A DNA stretch of 54,670 nucleotides from Candidatus Falkowbacteria bacterium (GCA_009995495.1 JAACPL010000008.1:1-54670), one strand, 5' to 3'; shown: positions 36,156 to 46,193, counted from the first letter of the stretch. Numbers and translations are program-made. Notes: generated by a model not told the origin, from the sequence alone.

Positions 36156-37598
36156 TTAAACTTTAAATTGTTTTTTAATATTTTTATCTTCTTCAACTTG
36201 TTTTTCTTCAATTAATTCTTTAGCTTTTGCCCTAAGCTCTTCTAAGTTAAGCTTGTCTAACTCTAAAGCGCGTTTTAATAAAAACCCTTTTTCATTTTTT
36301 TCCGGCTCTTCAATTACCTCGCTCAGTAAAACATCAAGTAGCGCTCCAATTTTTGGACTTGGCTTAATATCTAACGAAGTCATCAAATCCTCGCCATTAA
36401 CTTTCAACATTTTAACCGAAACCGGATCGTTTTGGACTTTTTCTAACATATACTGCAAATGGCGCAATTTATAAGGCATTGCCTTCGGCGTTCCTGAGCC
36501 AAGCCGATCGGCAACTCTTAAATCAATTAAATCTTTAAGATTTTCCTTACCAACTTTAACTATTAAACGGCGAACGGAAGCAGCGCTGACCTCTCCGACA
36601 TTATAATAAAACATATGGTTTTTGACAAGATTGACAATTCTTTGACTATCATCACTTGAAAACCGCAATCTTTTCATTATTTTTTCGGTGAGCCGTGCCG
36701 AAACATATTCATGATTATAGAAAGTTGCAATGCCACCAATAATTTTTCTAGTTTTAGGTTTGCCAATGTCGTGGAGCAAGGCGGCCAAACGAACCTGCCA
36801 AGCGGGATTAGGACAATGTTTCAAAGACAACATGTTATGGTTGAAAACCGGATAAATATGATGCCTATCTTGTTTAACGCCAACTCCCTGCTCAAGTTCT
36901 GGCAAAATATATTGAAGTAGTTTAGTATCGTGGAGTAGCATTAAGCCTTCATAAGCTTTATTGGAAGCTAAAATTTTAATGAGTTCGTCTCTAATTCTTT
37001 CTCCCGAAATAAATTTTAAACTACCGGCTAATTTTGTAATTCCTCTTTGAGTTTTTGGCTCAAGACTAAAACCAAGTTGTGAGCTAAAACGAATTGCTCG
37101 CATCATTCTTAAAGCATCCTCTTTAAATCTATCACTGGGCTCGCCAACGGCTCTAATTATTTTAGCTTTTATATCTTTTAAACCGCCAAATAAATCTTTA
37201 ATTTCCCCGTTTTCAATATTATAAGCCAAGGCATTAACGGTAAAATCACGCCTTTCTAAATCCTTATCAATCTCAGTTTCAAAAGTTACTTCGTCGGGAT
37301 GGCGACGATTTGAATAACCTTGTTCGCTTCTATAAGTCGTAATTTCAACCACATCCTCAAGTTCGCCATTCTTTTTTCTTAAAGGTAAAATAACTGTGCC
37401 AAAATCGTTCTCGTATTTTCCGCTCGGAAAAACTTTAAGAATTTCTTCCGGTCTAGCATTAGTCGTTATATCATAATCTTTCGGCTCCTTATTCATTAGC
37501 AAATCACGAACGCAACCACCAACAAGATAAGCCTCGTATCCAGAAGCTTTTAAATCTTGAGAAACTTTTTTTATATGTTTGGGAATTCTATCGGTCAT
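36156..37598 (-). CDS. cca: CCA tRNA nucleotidyltransferase with HD domain
   Basis: VGGCVRD, KDYDITT, DLERRDFTVNA, EDALRMMRAIRF, LLHDIGKP. Confidence 0.9.
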   Translation of the reverse strand: MTDRIPKHIKKVSQDLKASGYEAYLVGGCVRDLLMNKEPKDYDITTNARPEEILKVFPSGKYENDFGTVILPLRKKNGELEDVVEITTYRSEQGYSNRRHPDEVTFETEIDKDLERRDFTVNALAYNIENGEIKDLFGGLKDIKAKIIRAVGEPSDRFKEDALRMMRAIRFSSQLGFSLEPKTQRGITKLAGSLKFISGERIRDELIKILASNKAYEGLMLLHDTKLLQYILPELEQGVGVKQDRHHIYPVFNHNMLSLKHCPNPAWQVRLAALLHDIGKPKTRKIIGGIATFYNHEYVSARLTEKIMKRLRFSSDDSQRIVNLVKNHMFYYNVGEVSAASVRRLIVKVGKENLKDLIDLRVADRLGSGTPKAMPYKLRHLQYMLEKVQNDPVSVKMLKVNGEDLMTSLDIKPSPKIGALLDVLLSEVIEEPEKNEKGFLLKRALELDKLNLEELRAKAKELIEEKQVEEDKNIKKQFKV

Positions 37599-37621
37599 AA
37601 GTATTTATGAGTTTGCTTAAA

Positions 37622-38800
37622 CTATTTATTAAATTTTAGTTTACTATTTTTAAGTTTACTTAACACTGTTGTGGAAAAACTAAAAACTGTTTTATTTTTT
37701 TCTTCTTGCTTTTCTAGGGCAGAACTAATTAACAAATTAATTAAATCAGAAATTTCTATACCACTTTTTTGCCATAAGTGATGATAAAGCGTTCCTGGCA
37801 TAGGATTAATTTCATTAGCAAAAAATTCTTTAGTTTCCTTATTATATAAAAAATCAAAACGAGAAATACCAGAGCAACCTAAGGCAGTAAATATTTTTTT
37901 AGAAGTTGCTCTAATTTCTTCTGATATTTCTTCATCTAATCGCGCTGGAATAAATATCTTACTATCCGCTCGCCCTAATTGAGCGCCACCTTCATCAAGA
38001 TATTTATCATCATAACTAAACATCTCCTCACAGCTTGATTCTTGAATCAACGAAGCAATTGGTTCTTTATGTCCAATAACTGCACAAGTAATATCCATTA
38101 AATTTTCTACTGATTCTTCAACAATAACTTTAGTATCGTAGTGTAAGGCGACTTCAATAGCATTACTTAAATCCTCAATCTTTTTCACTTTAGTAATACC
38201 AATAGATGAGCCTAGGTGTGGTGGCTTGACAAAAACTGGCCATCGCAAATTAGTTTCAACTTCTTTTAAAATTATTTCTGAATTTTTATTCCAATCAACT
38301 AAACTATAACTTAAAAATTTGGTAGTTTTAATTCCAAGTCCTTGATAAAAAATCTTAGTTAATATTTTATCCATAGCAATGGCTGAAGCGGGGGCATCGC
38401 AACCAACATAAGGAATATTAAAAATATTAAACAGTCCTTGCATTGAACCATCCTCACCTAAATTACCGTGGAAAGCGGGAAAGGCTAAATCTATGACAAT
38501 CTTTTTAGGAAATATTGAAGTGCTTTTAAAAACTAATTTATTAACTGACTCTTTTAAGGACAGATCATAGTTCATCAAGCTATTAAGTTTTTTCTCATAA
38601 CCATCTTGACTAAAAAAAGCTAAGCTTCCTAAAGAATCATCACTAAAAAACCGCTCCTGTTTATCAAGATAAATAGGAATAATCCGATACGACTCATACT
38701 TCTTTAATTCAGAAATAATAAGTTGCCCGGTAATAATAGAGATTTCGTGCTCAGGACTTTTGCCGCCAAAGAAAACTCCAATGTTTTTTATCTTAGACAT
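37622..38800 (-). CDS. ddl: D-alanine--D-alanine ligase
   Basis: FFGGKSPEHEISI, HGNLGEDG, MDK, GSSIGI, YDDKY, NEINPMPG. Confidence 0.9.
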   Translation of the reverse strand: MSKIKNIGVFFGGKSPEHEISIITGQLIISELKKYESYRIIPIYLDKQERFFSDDSLGSLAFFSQDGYEKKLNSLMNYDLSLKESVNKLVFKSTSIFPKKIVIDLAFPAFHGNLGEDGSMQGLFNIFNIPYVGCDAPASAIAMDKILTKIFYQGLGIKTTKFLSYSLVDWNKNSEIILKEVETNLRWPVFVKPPHLGSSIGITKVKKIEDLSNAIEVALHYDTKVIVEESVENLMDITCAVIGHKEPIASLIQESSCEEMFSYDDKYLDEGGAQLGRADSKIFIPARLDEEISEEIRATSKKIFTALGCSGISRFDFLYNKETKEFFANEINPMPGTLYHHLWQKSGIEISDLINLLISSALEKQEEKNKTVFSFSTTVLSKLKNSKLKFNK

Positions 38801-38801
38801 A

Positions 38802-40172
38802 TTATTTATAATTATCTGGCCAATCGTTTTGAAAAATTATTGTATCACCCGCTTTCAGAATATCCTTTAGATTATTGTGTGCTTCTTGAGAGTTTATGTA
38901 AACTCTATAATTATTAAAAGCTTTTTTCTGAAATTCATCGATAATAAATTTAGTAGAGCTATTTTTAATTAGCAGTACTAAATCTATTTTATACTTAATG
39001 TATAAATTAGCAATCTCTCTGTGACGAATTTCAGTCTTATTAGCTAGCTCAACTAATCCTGGAGTAATGATTAATTTACGACCATTAGCTCGACTTAAAA
39101 CCTCTAAACCGCTAATAAAGCCTTGGAAATTACCATTATAACTATCATCAATAACCAAAACTTGGCTAAAATTATTAAAAATTGGCTGTAAACGATGTTT
39201 GACATAATCTAATTCAGATACTGCCCTAACAGCCTCATCATTATCAACACCTAACCTCTGAGCTAAAGTTAGTGCTAAAATTATTAAATCAATGTTATGT
39301 TTAGCTAATAACTTAGTAGTAAAATTTTGACCATTAAATACAAAGGATAGACCGGAAAAATTTGGCAACAACTCAATATTTGAAGCGACTGTATTATTCA
39401 GACCAATAACTTCATTAATTTTAAAACGATGATAGTTATTTCTAATATTTTCATCATTAAAATTAAGGACTGATAATTTATTAGTGTGCTCCGCTAATTC
39501 AAACTTAGCGAAAATGGTATTTTCCAAATTGCCAAATCTTTCTAAATGCGATTCGTTGATACCAGTTAAAATTGAATAATCAGGTATTACCAAATCACAA
39601 ATTTTAGCAATATCGTCCCTTTGATAAGCGCCCATCTCTACAATAAAAAAATCAGCCTGAGCTAAGCCAACTTCATTATCTATTATAAATTTAGCAATTC
39701 CTAGGTCAGTATTAATGTTGTCTGGAGTCTCAATTGCCTTAAATTTAGAAGATAAAATAGTGAAAAGAATTTCTTTAACACTGGTTTTGCCATAACTACC
39801 AGTAATGCCAATAACTCGTAGCTTTGAGTGTCTTTTAAGAGCTTTACGCGCCTTGCTAATTAATAAGCTCTTAAGTAAATAATCAAGCGGAGAAATAATT
39901 AAATATAATATAGAAATTATAATTGGCAAGAAAACATAAATTATTGGCCATAATATCAATGACCAAAAACTTAATGTTGAAAATAAAAAAATAATCAACA
40001 AACACAAAAAAACTAAGTTACTAACATAAATAAGCTTAACTTTTATAGTCCAATCTATTTTTTGTCTTTGCTCTAATTTCCACCAATAATAATTATTATA
40101 AACAAAAAATAAAAATCGTCTTAAATTATAAGACTCCCCCTGTAAAATATAGATTAAATTTCTAATAATCAT
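38802..40172 (-). CDS. murF: MurF-like Mur ligase with N-terminal TM helices
   Basis: IGITGSYGKTSVKE, NTDLG, VEMGA, HLERFG, IDDSYNGN, TPGLVEL. Confidence 0.8.
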   Translation of the reverse strand: MIIRNLIYILQGESYNLRRFLFFVYNNYYWWKLEQRQKIDWTIKVKLIYVSNLVFLCLLIIFLFSTLSFWSLILWPIIYVFLPIIISILYLIISPLDYLLKSLLISKARKALKRHSKLRVIGITGSYGKTSVKEILFTILSSKFKAIETPDNINTDLGIAKFIIDNEVGLAQADFFIVEMGAYQRDDIAKICDLVIPDYSILTGINESHLERFGNLENTIFAKFELAEHTNKLSVLNFNDENIRNNYHRFKINEVIGLNNTVASNIELLPNFSGLSFVFNGQNFTTKLLAKHNIDLIILALTLAQRLGVDNDEAVRAVSELDYVKHRLQPIFNNFSQVLVIDDSYNGNFQGFISGLEVLSRANGRKLIITPGLVELANKTEIRHREIANLYIKYKIDLVLLIKNSSTKFIIDEFQKKAFNNYRVYINSQEAHNNLKDILKAGDTIIFQNDWPDNYK

Positions 40173-40909
40173 AAAGTTTCTTTCAAGAATATTTTAACAA
40201 ATTCCTCTTTATTATCTAAAAAACAATAATGCCCAGCATCAACCAAAATATAAAGTTGCCCTTTGTGTAACCGTTCTTTAATTAAGTAAGCTTGAGTAAG
40301 TGGTGTATCCAGATCTTTCTCGCCCCAAATTAAAGTGACTGGGGTGTTTCCAATTTCTTTTAAGTAGCTTTGAGAGTCTTCTCTAATAACTTTTTGATAA
40401 ATACCAGCCATTTCTCCACTTTCTAAATAATCCCGAGATCCAATTTTATTATAAAAAGCCTGTCTCATTTTTTTAGCCAACCAAGGTGCTAGTATTTTTA
40501 ATATCTTAGCCCCTAAATAATAAATTCTTGTCTTAGAGGTTTTTGTGCGGACAATTGCTGCTCCAATCAAAATAAGTTTCTTAACAGAATTTTTACTAGC
40601 ATAACGCAGAGCTACTGCCCCACCAAAACTATGTCCGACTAATATCGGATTTGCGATGTTAAGTTTATTTAAAAACTCTGACAAAAAATCAGCATAATTA
40701 GATGTTCCCCAGACTTCTTTTGGTTTTTCACTACCAAAAAAACCTGGTAAATTAATCGCTAATAAATTATCAACCTTAACTTGATTACTAAAAATTTCCG
40801 CTGGCGAATTCCAGCCTGGTAAAAATATAATTGCCTCATCAGCCTGAAAATTATCACTTATTAAGTAATTAACTTTTATGTCATTTATAATTATTTCTTT
40901 ACTGCTCAT
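40169..40909 (-). CDS. Alpha/beta hydrolase
   Basis: LPGW, NLPGF, nucleophile GHSFGG, IWGEKD, AGH. Confidence 0.9.
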   Translation of the reverse strand: MSSKEIIINDIKVNYLISDNFQADEAIIFLPGWNSPAEIFSNQVKVDNLLAINLPGFFGSEKPKEVWGTSNYADFLSEFLNKLNIANPILVGHSFGGAVALRYASKNSVKKLILIGAAIVRTKTSKTRIYYLGAKILKILAPWLAKKMRQAFYNKIGSRDYLESGEMAGIYQKVIREDSQSYLKEIGNTPVTLIWGEKDLDTPLTQAYLIKERLHKGQLYILVDAGHYCFLDNKEEFVKIFLKETL

Positions 40910-40921
40910 TCTGATCTTAAT

Positions 40922-42682
40922 TTAATTATTATCCTTAGTTGAGGTTAAAATTGAACCCTTGCTTTTTTTAAAACCGGTATGAAGCAATTGTTTCGCTAAA
41001 CCATTTTCTTTAGCAAAATTATAAAAAGCTAACATCTCTTTATTTTCATGAGCGCGTCTAATCGTTCTCTTTTTATCTAAATTATATAAGCCAGCCATTC
41101 TTTTTTCTTTAATTGCTTTGGTTGTTGGAATTGGTTGGCCACCGCCGCCCAAACAACCACCGGGACAGGCCATCACTTCAATATAATGGTATTTACTAAA
41201 GTTTGGTAAGAGTTTAGAAAAATTACCCAAGCCATTAACAACCGCAAGTTTATACTTTTTCCCGCCGAGCTTAACTTCCGCCTCTTTAATTCCTTCTAAA
41301 CCGCGGACCTCTTTAAACTCTAAGCGAGCATCACAAAGCGGGTCTTTTCCTTTTTCGCAAACAAAAGAAGCAACCGAGCGCAAAGCCGACTCCATTACTC
41401 CACCGCTAGCACCATAAATTGCCGCTGCCCCTGAGCCAGCATTAAACATCGGCTCTAATTTACCGTCAGGCAAATTAACAAAGTCTATCCGATTTTTTTT
41501 AATTAAAAAAGCTAGCTCTCTGGTCGTTAAAACGAAATCAACTAAAGGCTTACCTTTATATTTTAATTCCGGTCTAATCGCTTCATATTTTTTCGCCGTA
41601 CAAGGAACAACCGAAACAACAATAATATCTTCCGCTTTTAAGTTTTTCTTTTTTGCCCAATAAGCTTTAATCGCACCCCCGCCGTGGATATGGGGTGAGC
41701 GAGCGGTTGTTAGGTGGGGCAATAATTCGGGATGATAAAATTCGGCATAAGCCACCCAAGCTGGACAGCAAGAAGTTGTCATCGGCCAAATCGCTTTTTT
41801 ATCAGCTAATCGTTCCATAAACTCTTCTGCCTCCGTCATCGTTGTAATATCGGCCGCAAAATTAATGTCAAAAATATAATTAAAACCGAGTTTCTTTAAG
41901 GCGCTAACAATTTTACCCTCACAATTAGTTCCATAAGGCAAACCAAAAGATTCACCAAGCGAAACGCGAACCGCTGGAGCAAACTGAACAACGACCGTCT
42001 TCCCTTTTAATTTTAATAATTTTTCCAGTTCTAAACTTTGATCTTGTTCCTGGGCGGAAGCAACCGGACAATGCAAGGCGCATTGACCACAATAAACACA
42101 GGCAAATTTTTTATCTTTTTTCGGCACTATTTCCTGGTCAATTCCCTTACCGCTTAATTCTAAATAGGAAATTCCCTGATTAACACAGGCTTCAAGACAA
42201 TTACGACAATCAATACATTGAGTTCCGTCAATTTCAACCGCATTAGCGAATTTATAAGTTTTACGAGTTTTTTTTCTGTCTTTAAACCGACTAACTTCTA
42301 AATCATATTCCTTAGCCGTGCTTAAAAGATTACAATCAAAACGATAAGAACAACCGCCGCACCTTTCAACATGAGAAGCGTAAATTAATTCTAAATTAGT
42401 TTCTCTCGCTTTTTTAACGCGCTCGTTATCAGTAATAATCTCCATCCCCTCCTCAACTAAAGTTGAACAAGATGTTTTTAATTTAACTGATCCTTTTATC
42501 TCAACCACGCAAACACGACAATTGGCTTTCACGCTTAAATCGGGATGATAACAAAAAGAAGGAATATTTATTTTATTCCGCCTCGCTAAAGTTAAAACTG
42601 TTTCACCTTCATAGGCTAAAACTAATTTGCCGTTTAACTTAATTTTAAAAGTTTTCGGCTCTTTTTTAATTATTTTTTTCAT
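40922..42682 (-). CDS. hydA: [FeFe]-hydrogenase catalytic subunit, group A, with 2Fe-2S, His-ligated 4Fe-4S and two 4Fe-4S clusters
   Basis: H-cluster motifs TSCCPAW, VPCTAKKYE, EVMACPGGCLGGGGQP; F-domain C..CRVC..C, HVERCGGC..DC, CIDCRNCLEAC, CVYCGQCALHCP; likely start MKKII at 42682. Confidence 0.95.
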   Translation of the reverse strand: MKKIIKKEPKTFKIKLNGKLVLAYEGETVLTLARRNKINIPSFCYHPDLSVKANCRVCVVEIKGSVKLKTSCSTLVEEGMEIITDNERVKKARETNLELIYASHVERCGGCSYRFDCNLLSTAKEYDLEVSRFKDRKKTRKTYKFANAVEIDGTQCIDCRNCLEACVNQGISYLELSGKGIDQEIVPKKDKKFACVYCGQCALHCPVASAQEQDQSLELEKLLKLKGKTVVVQFAPAVRVSLGESFGLPYGTNCEGKIVSALKKLGFNYIFDINFAADITTMTEAEEFMERLADKKAIWPMTTSCCPAWVAYAEFYHPELLPHLTTARSPHIHGGGAIKAYWAKKKNLKAEDIIVVSVVPCTAKKYEAIRPELKYKGKPLVDFVLTTRELAFLIKKNRIDFVNLPDGKLEPMFNAGSGAAAIYGASGGVMESALRSVASFVCEKGKDPLCDARLEFKEVRGLEGIKEAEVKLGGKKYKLAVVNGLGNFSKLLPNFSKYHYIEVMACPGGCLGGGGQPIPTTKAIKEKRMAGLYNLDKKRTIRRAHENKEMLAFYNFAKENGLAKQLLHTGFKKSKGSILTSTKDNN

Positions 42683-42745
42683 TAGGATTAACAAAATTTG
42701 AGTTAATATGATGCTAACTCTTAATTCTCTTTAAATCTTTATAAA

Positions 42746-43822
42746 TTAAACTTTCTCAACTCCTTTTATATTCCGATAATAACTTAAAAGCGGGATTGGT
42801 AAAGATGAGCCAAGGGCGCAAAAACTACTATCATCAAGAGCAGAAACTATGTCCCAAAAAATTTTCTGGTCATAAGTCTTGGCTTTTATCATTTCATATA
42901 AACGATAAGTTCCTTCACGACAAGTAAGGCATTGTCCGCAACTATTATTAAAATAAAACTTCAACCAATACTCAATTAATTTTTTCTCATCCGTTTTATT
43001 CTTATCATAAACCATAATTGAAGCGGCGCTATCAGCTGGAACATTAATTTGTTCTTTATTTAATATTTCACCACTAGCATTCCCGCCAATTTGAACAAAA
43101 AAATCAAAATTAGGATAATTAGCACTTTGCTTTAAAACATTTTCAATCGGCATTAAAGCAGGAAAACGATAAACCCCTGGCTTTTTAATAGCCCCGGAAA
43201 TAGTATAAAATCTATCACCGCGATATTCATCCTTAGCAACTAATGCAACATCAAAAAAAGTTTCAACATTATTAATTAAAGTTGGTTTAGAAAATAAGCC
43301 GGAAGTGGTCGGAAAGGGTGGACGAATTCTTGGTTCCCCCTTCTTACCTTCAATAATATTTAACATTGAGCTTTCTTCCCCGCCAATATAACCAGCATCT
43401 AATGGTTTAGAAAAAAACTCAACTTTTTTTTCTAAATCACTATATTTTTTATCAGCTAAAATTTTTCTTATTTTATTCGCCGAACTCTTGATATAAGTTT
43501 TATTAAGAAAAAGATAAATTTTTTTAACTTTATTCTTACCTAAAAATTCAAAAGCTAAATTTAAACCAAAAATAAAATCTTCTGGATGTTTTTCTAAAAT
43601 AAAAGCATCTTTTTTTACTCCGGGTTCGCCCTCGGCGCCATTAACAACAATATAAGCCTCTTTTTCAGATTTAAGCGCTTCTTCAACCGCCTTCCATTTC
43701 CAAGCAACAGGATAACCAGCTCCCCCTCGACCAACTAAAGCCGCTGATTCAATTTTATTAATCAAATCAACATGAGTGGCGCCGTTTTTCTTTAAAGAAG
43801 TCTTCTTTGTTTTGGCTTTCAT
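42746..43822 (-). CDS. Short NuoF/HydB-like FMN/NADH-binding diaphorase subunit
   Basis: GRGGAGYP..WKW, NGAEGEPG, YIGGEESS, PRIRPPFP, INNVET, CGQCLTCREG...FCALG; only 358 aa. Confidence 0.9.
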   Translation of the reverse strand: MKAKTKKTSLKKNGATHVDLINKIESAALVGRGGAGYPVAWKWKAVEEALKSEKEAYIVVNGAEGEPGVKKDAFILEKHPEDFIFGLNLAFEFLGKNKVKKIYLFLNKTYIKSSANKIRKILADKKYSDLEKKVEFFSKPLDAGYIGGEESSMLNIIEGKKGEPRIRPPFPTTSGLFSKPTLINNVETFFDVALVAKDEYRGDRFYTISGAIKKPGVYRFPALMPIENVLKQSANYPNFDFFVQIGGNASGEILNKEQINVPADSAASIMVYDKNKTDEKKLIEYWLKFYFNNSCGQCLTCREGTYRLYEMIKAKTYDQKIFWDIVSALDDSSFCALGSSLPIPLLSYYRNIKGVEKV

Positions 43823-43835
43823 CTTTTTAATTTCT

Positions 43836-44846
43836 TTAATTAATTTTTCGTAAATACTCAGTCAAACCAACTAATCTCTCCGAATAAGCCCATTCATTAT
43901 CATACCAAGCAACAACTTTTAATAAATCTCCACCAACCAATTTCATCATCCCTAAATCAACCACGGCACTATGAGGATTACCAACAATATCACTAGAAAC
44001 TAATTCCGCTTCCGAAGCTTCAATTATCCCTTTTAATTTTCCTTTAGCAGCCTTCTTAAAAACATCTTTAACCGCTTCAATCGTCGTTTTTTTATTTAAA
44101 AGATAAACCGTATCACATAAAGAACCGACTGGAACGGGAACACGAACCGCTAAACCGTCAAAAGAGCCTTTAAGATTTGAAAAAATTTCAGTAGTAGAAA
44201 TTGCGGCGCCAGTAGTTGTTGGAACTATATTAATTGCGGCCGCTCTAGCTCGACGCAAATCACGGTGCGGACCGTCAACTAAATTTTGGTCAGCCGTATA
44301 AGCATGGATAGTAGTCATTAAAGCCTTTCTAATACCAAAAGAATCTTTAATAACCTTGGTTGTTGGTGCTAAACAATTTGTTGTACAAGAGGCACAAGAT
44401 AAAAGATCATCAGATTTTTTAAGACTTTCCATATTAACTCCCGGAACAATAGTCTTAACGCCACCGCCTTTAGCCGGAGCTGATAAAATAACTTTCTTAG
44501 CGCCGGCCTTAAGATGGAGCTCTAAAGCTTCTTTATTAGTAAAACGACCAGTACATTCTAAAACGATATCTACTTTTAATTTTTTCCAAGGGAGCTCTAA
44601 TGGATCTTTAATTGCTAAAACAGGAATTTTATCATCATTAATTGTAATAAAATCAGAGCCAGCCTTAATTTTATCAGTTAAAACACCGTAGCAGGAATCA
44701 TGTCCATAAAGATGGGCTAAAGTTTTTGGATCAGTTAAGTCATTAATAGCCACAACTTTTAAGCTTGGATATTTAGTTTTAATAATTTTCAAAGTGGCTC
44801 GACCAATACGGCCAAAACCATTAATGGCAACATTTGCTTTTTTCAT
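43836..44846 (-). CDS. gap: Glyceraldehyde-3-phosphate dehydrogenase, type I
   Basis: INGFGRIGR, ASCTTNCLAP, WYDNEW. Confidence 0.98.
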   Translation of the reverse strand: MKKANVAINGFGRIGRATLKIIKTKYPSLKVVAINDLTDPKTLAHLYGHDSCYGVLTDKIKAGSDFITINDDKIPVLAIKDPLELPWKKLKVDIVLECTGRFTNKEALELHLKAGAKKVILSAPAKGGGVKTIVPGVNMESLKKSDDLLSCASCTTNCLAPTTKVIKDSFGIRKALMTTIHAYTADQNLVDGPHRDLRRARAAAINIVPTTTGAAISTTEIFSNLKGSFDGLAVRVPVPVGSLCDTVYLLNKKTTIEAVKDVFKKAAKGKLKGIIEASEAELVSSDIVGNPHSAVVDLGMMKLVGGDLLKVVAWYDNEWAYSERLVGLTEYLRKIN

Positions 44847-44921
44847 ATTTTCTTATTAAATTTAAATTAGTTTTTTTAAAAAACAAGATAATTATAACAT
44901 AAAATATAAAATCAGCCAAAC

Positions 44922-44948
44922 AAAAAATCCGCTAAAAAGCGGACTTTT
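44922..44948 (-). terminator. Intrinsic terminator after rplL
   Basis: Minus strand GTCCGCT-TTTT-AGCGGAT followed by a T run. Confidence 0.8.
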
Positions 44949-44991
44949 GCACAATATAATTGTTTGAAGACTATCTTAAAATTTCTTTAAA

Positions 44992-45387
44992 TTATTTTAA
45001 AGTTACTTTAGCTCCAGCTTCTTCTAATTTCTTCTTTAAAGCTTCAGCATCTTCTTTCTTAACGCCTTCTCTTAAAACTTTTGGTGCAGCATCAACTAAG
45101 TCTTTAGCTTCTTTCAAGCCCATCTCAGTGATTTCACGAACAGCTTTAATAACAGCAATCTTATTAGCTCCAACTTCAGTGATTTCAACATCAAAAGCAT
45201 CTTTTTCTTCAACTGCTTCAGCGCCTACTGCTGGTCCAGCCATCATCATTGCTGGCGCAGAAGCGCTAACACCAAACTTTTCTTCTAGAATCTTAACTAA
45301 TTCAGCTAAGTCTAAAACACTCATTTTTTCAATTTCGCCGACTAATTTTTCAAATTTTGCCGGTACTTCTACATTTTTTTCTTCCAT
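44992..45387 (-). CDS. rplL: 50S ribosomal protein L7/L12
   Basis: [37 protein letters not shown]. Confidence 0.98.
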   Translation of the reverse strand: MEEKNVEVPAKFEKLVGEIEKMSVLDLAELVKILEEKFGVSASAPAMMMAGPAVGAEAVEEKDAFDVEITEVGANKIAVIKAVREITEMGLKEAKDLVDAAPKVLREGVKKEDAEALKKKLEEAGAKVTLK

Positions 45388-45478
45388 ACTTTTATGTGAC
45401 CCTTAATTTGAGATAAAGCACAAATCAGGAATCTTATTTTAATTTTTATAATTAATTAAATGAAATTTATTATTTTAT

Positions 45479-46006
45479 TTATTTTTTCTCAGCTACCGAC
45501 TTTAATACAGTCACCAAGCCTCTTAAATTACCAGCCATAACATTGACGAAACCAGAAATTGGCGCATTCAATGAACCAACCAATTTAGCATAAAGCTCTT
45601 GCTTGCTTGGTAATTTAGCTAAAGCTTCAACCTGAGATTGGCTTAGAAACTTACCATCCAAAATTCCACCAAGAAAAACAATCTTACCCGCCTTTTCCTT
45701 ATCCTTTAAGAAATTGCCTAAAATTTTAGCAGAAGCAACCTCATCCTCATAAGAAAAAACAGCAGCAACTTTTCCGTCTAAAGCTTTAACATCAACCTCA
45801 ATCTTATTTTCTTTAAGAGCTAAATCAAGTAAAGTTTTTTTAGCAACATAATATTCGCTATTTTCTGCTCTTAATTTAGATCTTAAAACTTCGTTGTCCT
45901 TAACTCCTAAAGCATTAAAGCCGGCGAAAACGACGGATTTTGACTTTTTGATTCTTTCATTAAGGTCGCGGAAGATTTCTTGTTTTTGAATTTTATTCTT
46001 CGGCAT
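45479..46006 (-). CDS. rplJ: 50S ribosomal protein L10
   Basis: LRSKLR, VAKKTL, LAKLPSKQEL; upstream of rplL. Confidence 0.95.
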   Translation of the reverse strand: MPKNKIQKQEIFRDLNERIKKSKSVVFAGFNALGVKDNEVLRSKLRAENSEYYVAKKTLLDLALKENKIEVDVKALDGKVAAVFSYEDEVASAKILGNFLKDKEKAGKIVFLGGILDGKFLSQSQVEALAKLPSKQELYAKLVGSLNAPISGFVNVMAGNLRGLVTVLKSVAEKK

Positions 46007-46029
46007 ATTGTTAATTTATTATTAAATTT

Positions 46030-46130
46030 AAAAAATCTGCTTTCGGCAGACAGTAAAATAGCTAATATTAGCTTAATTACCTCGGCAAGATTTATTCACT
46101 CAAGAAGAGCTAACTTGCTGTCTGTGGTTT
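46030..46130 (-). ncRNA. L10 leader (rplJ autoregulatory attenuator)
   Basis: Minus strand ACCACAGACAGCAAG...GAATAAATCTTGCCGAGG matches the L10-leader pattern. It is followed by terminator TCTGC-CGAAA-GCAGA-TTTTTT, whose 5' flank CTGTCTG can pair with CAGACAG. Confidence 0.8.
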
Positions 46131-46149
46131 ATATTTTATTTATATAACT

Positions 46150-46178
46150 ATAATAGCGAATTTGAAAAGGAAAGTCAA
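46150..46178 (-). promoter_or_regulatory. Sigma70-type promoter of rplJ-rplL
   Basis: Minus strand TTGACT-17 nt-TATTAT just upstream of the leader. Confidence 0.7.
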
Positions 46179-46193
46179 GGGATTGTTTTTAGA

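Noticed and set aside
42746-43822. Respiratory complex I (nuo) operon
   Set aside because: Only a NuoF-like gene next to hydA; no membrane or other nuo subunits
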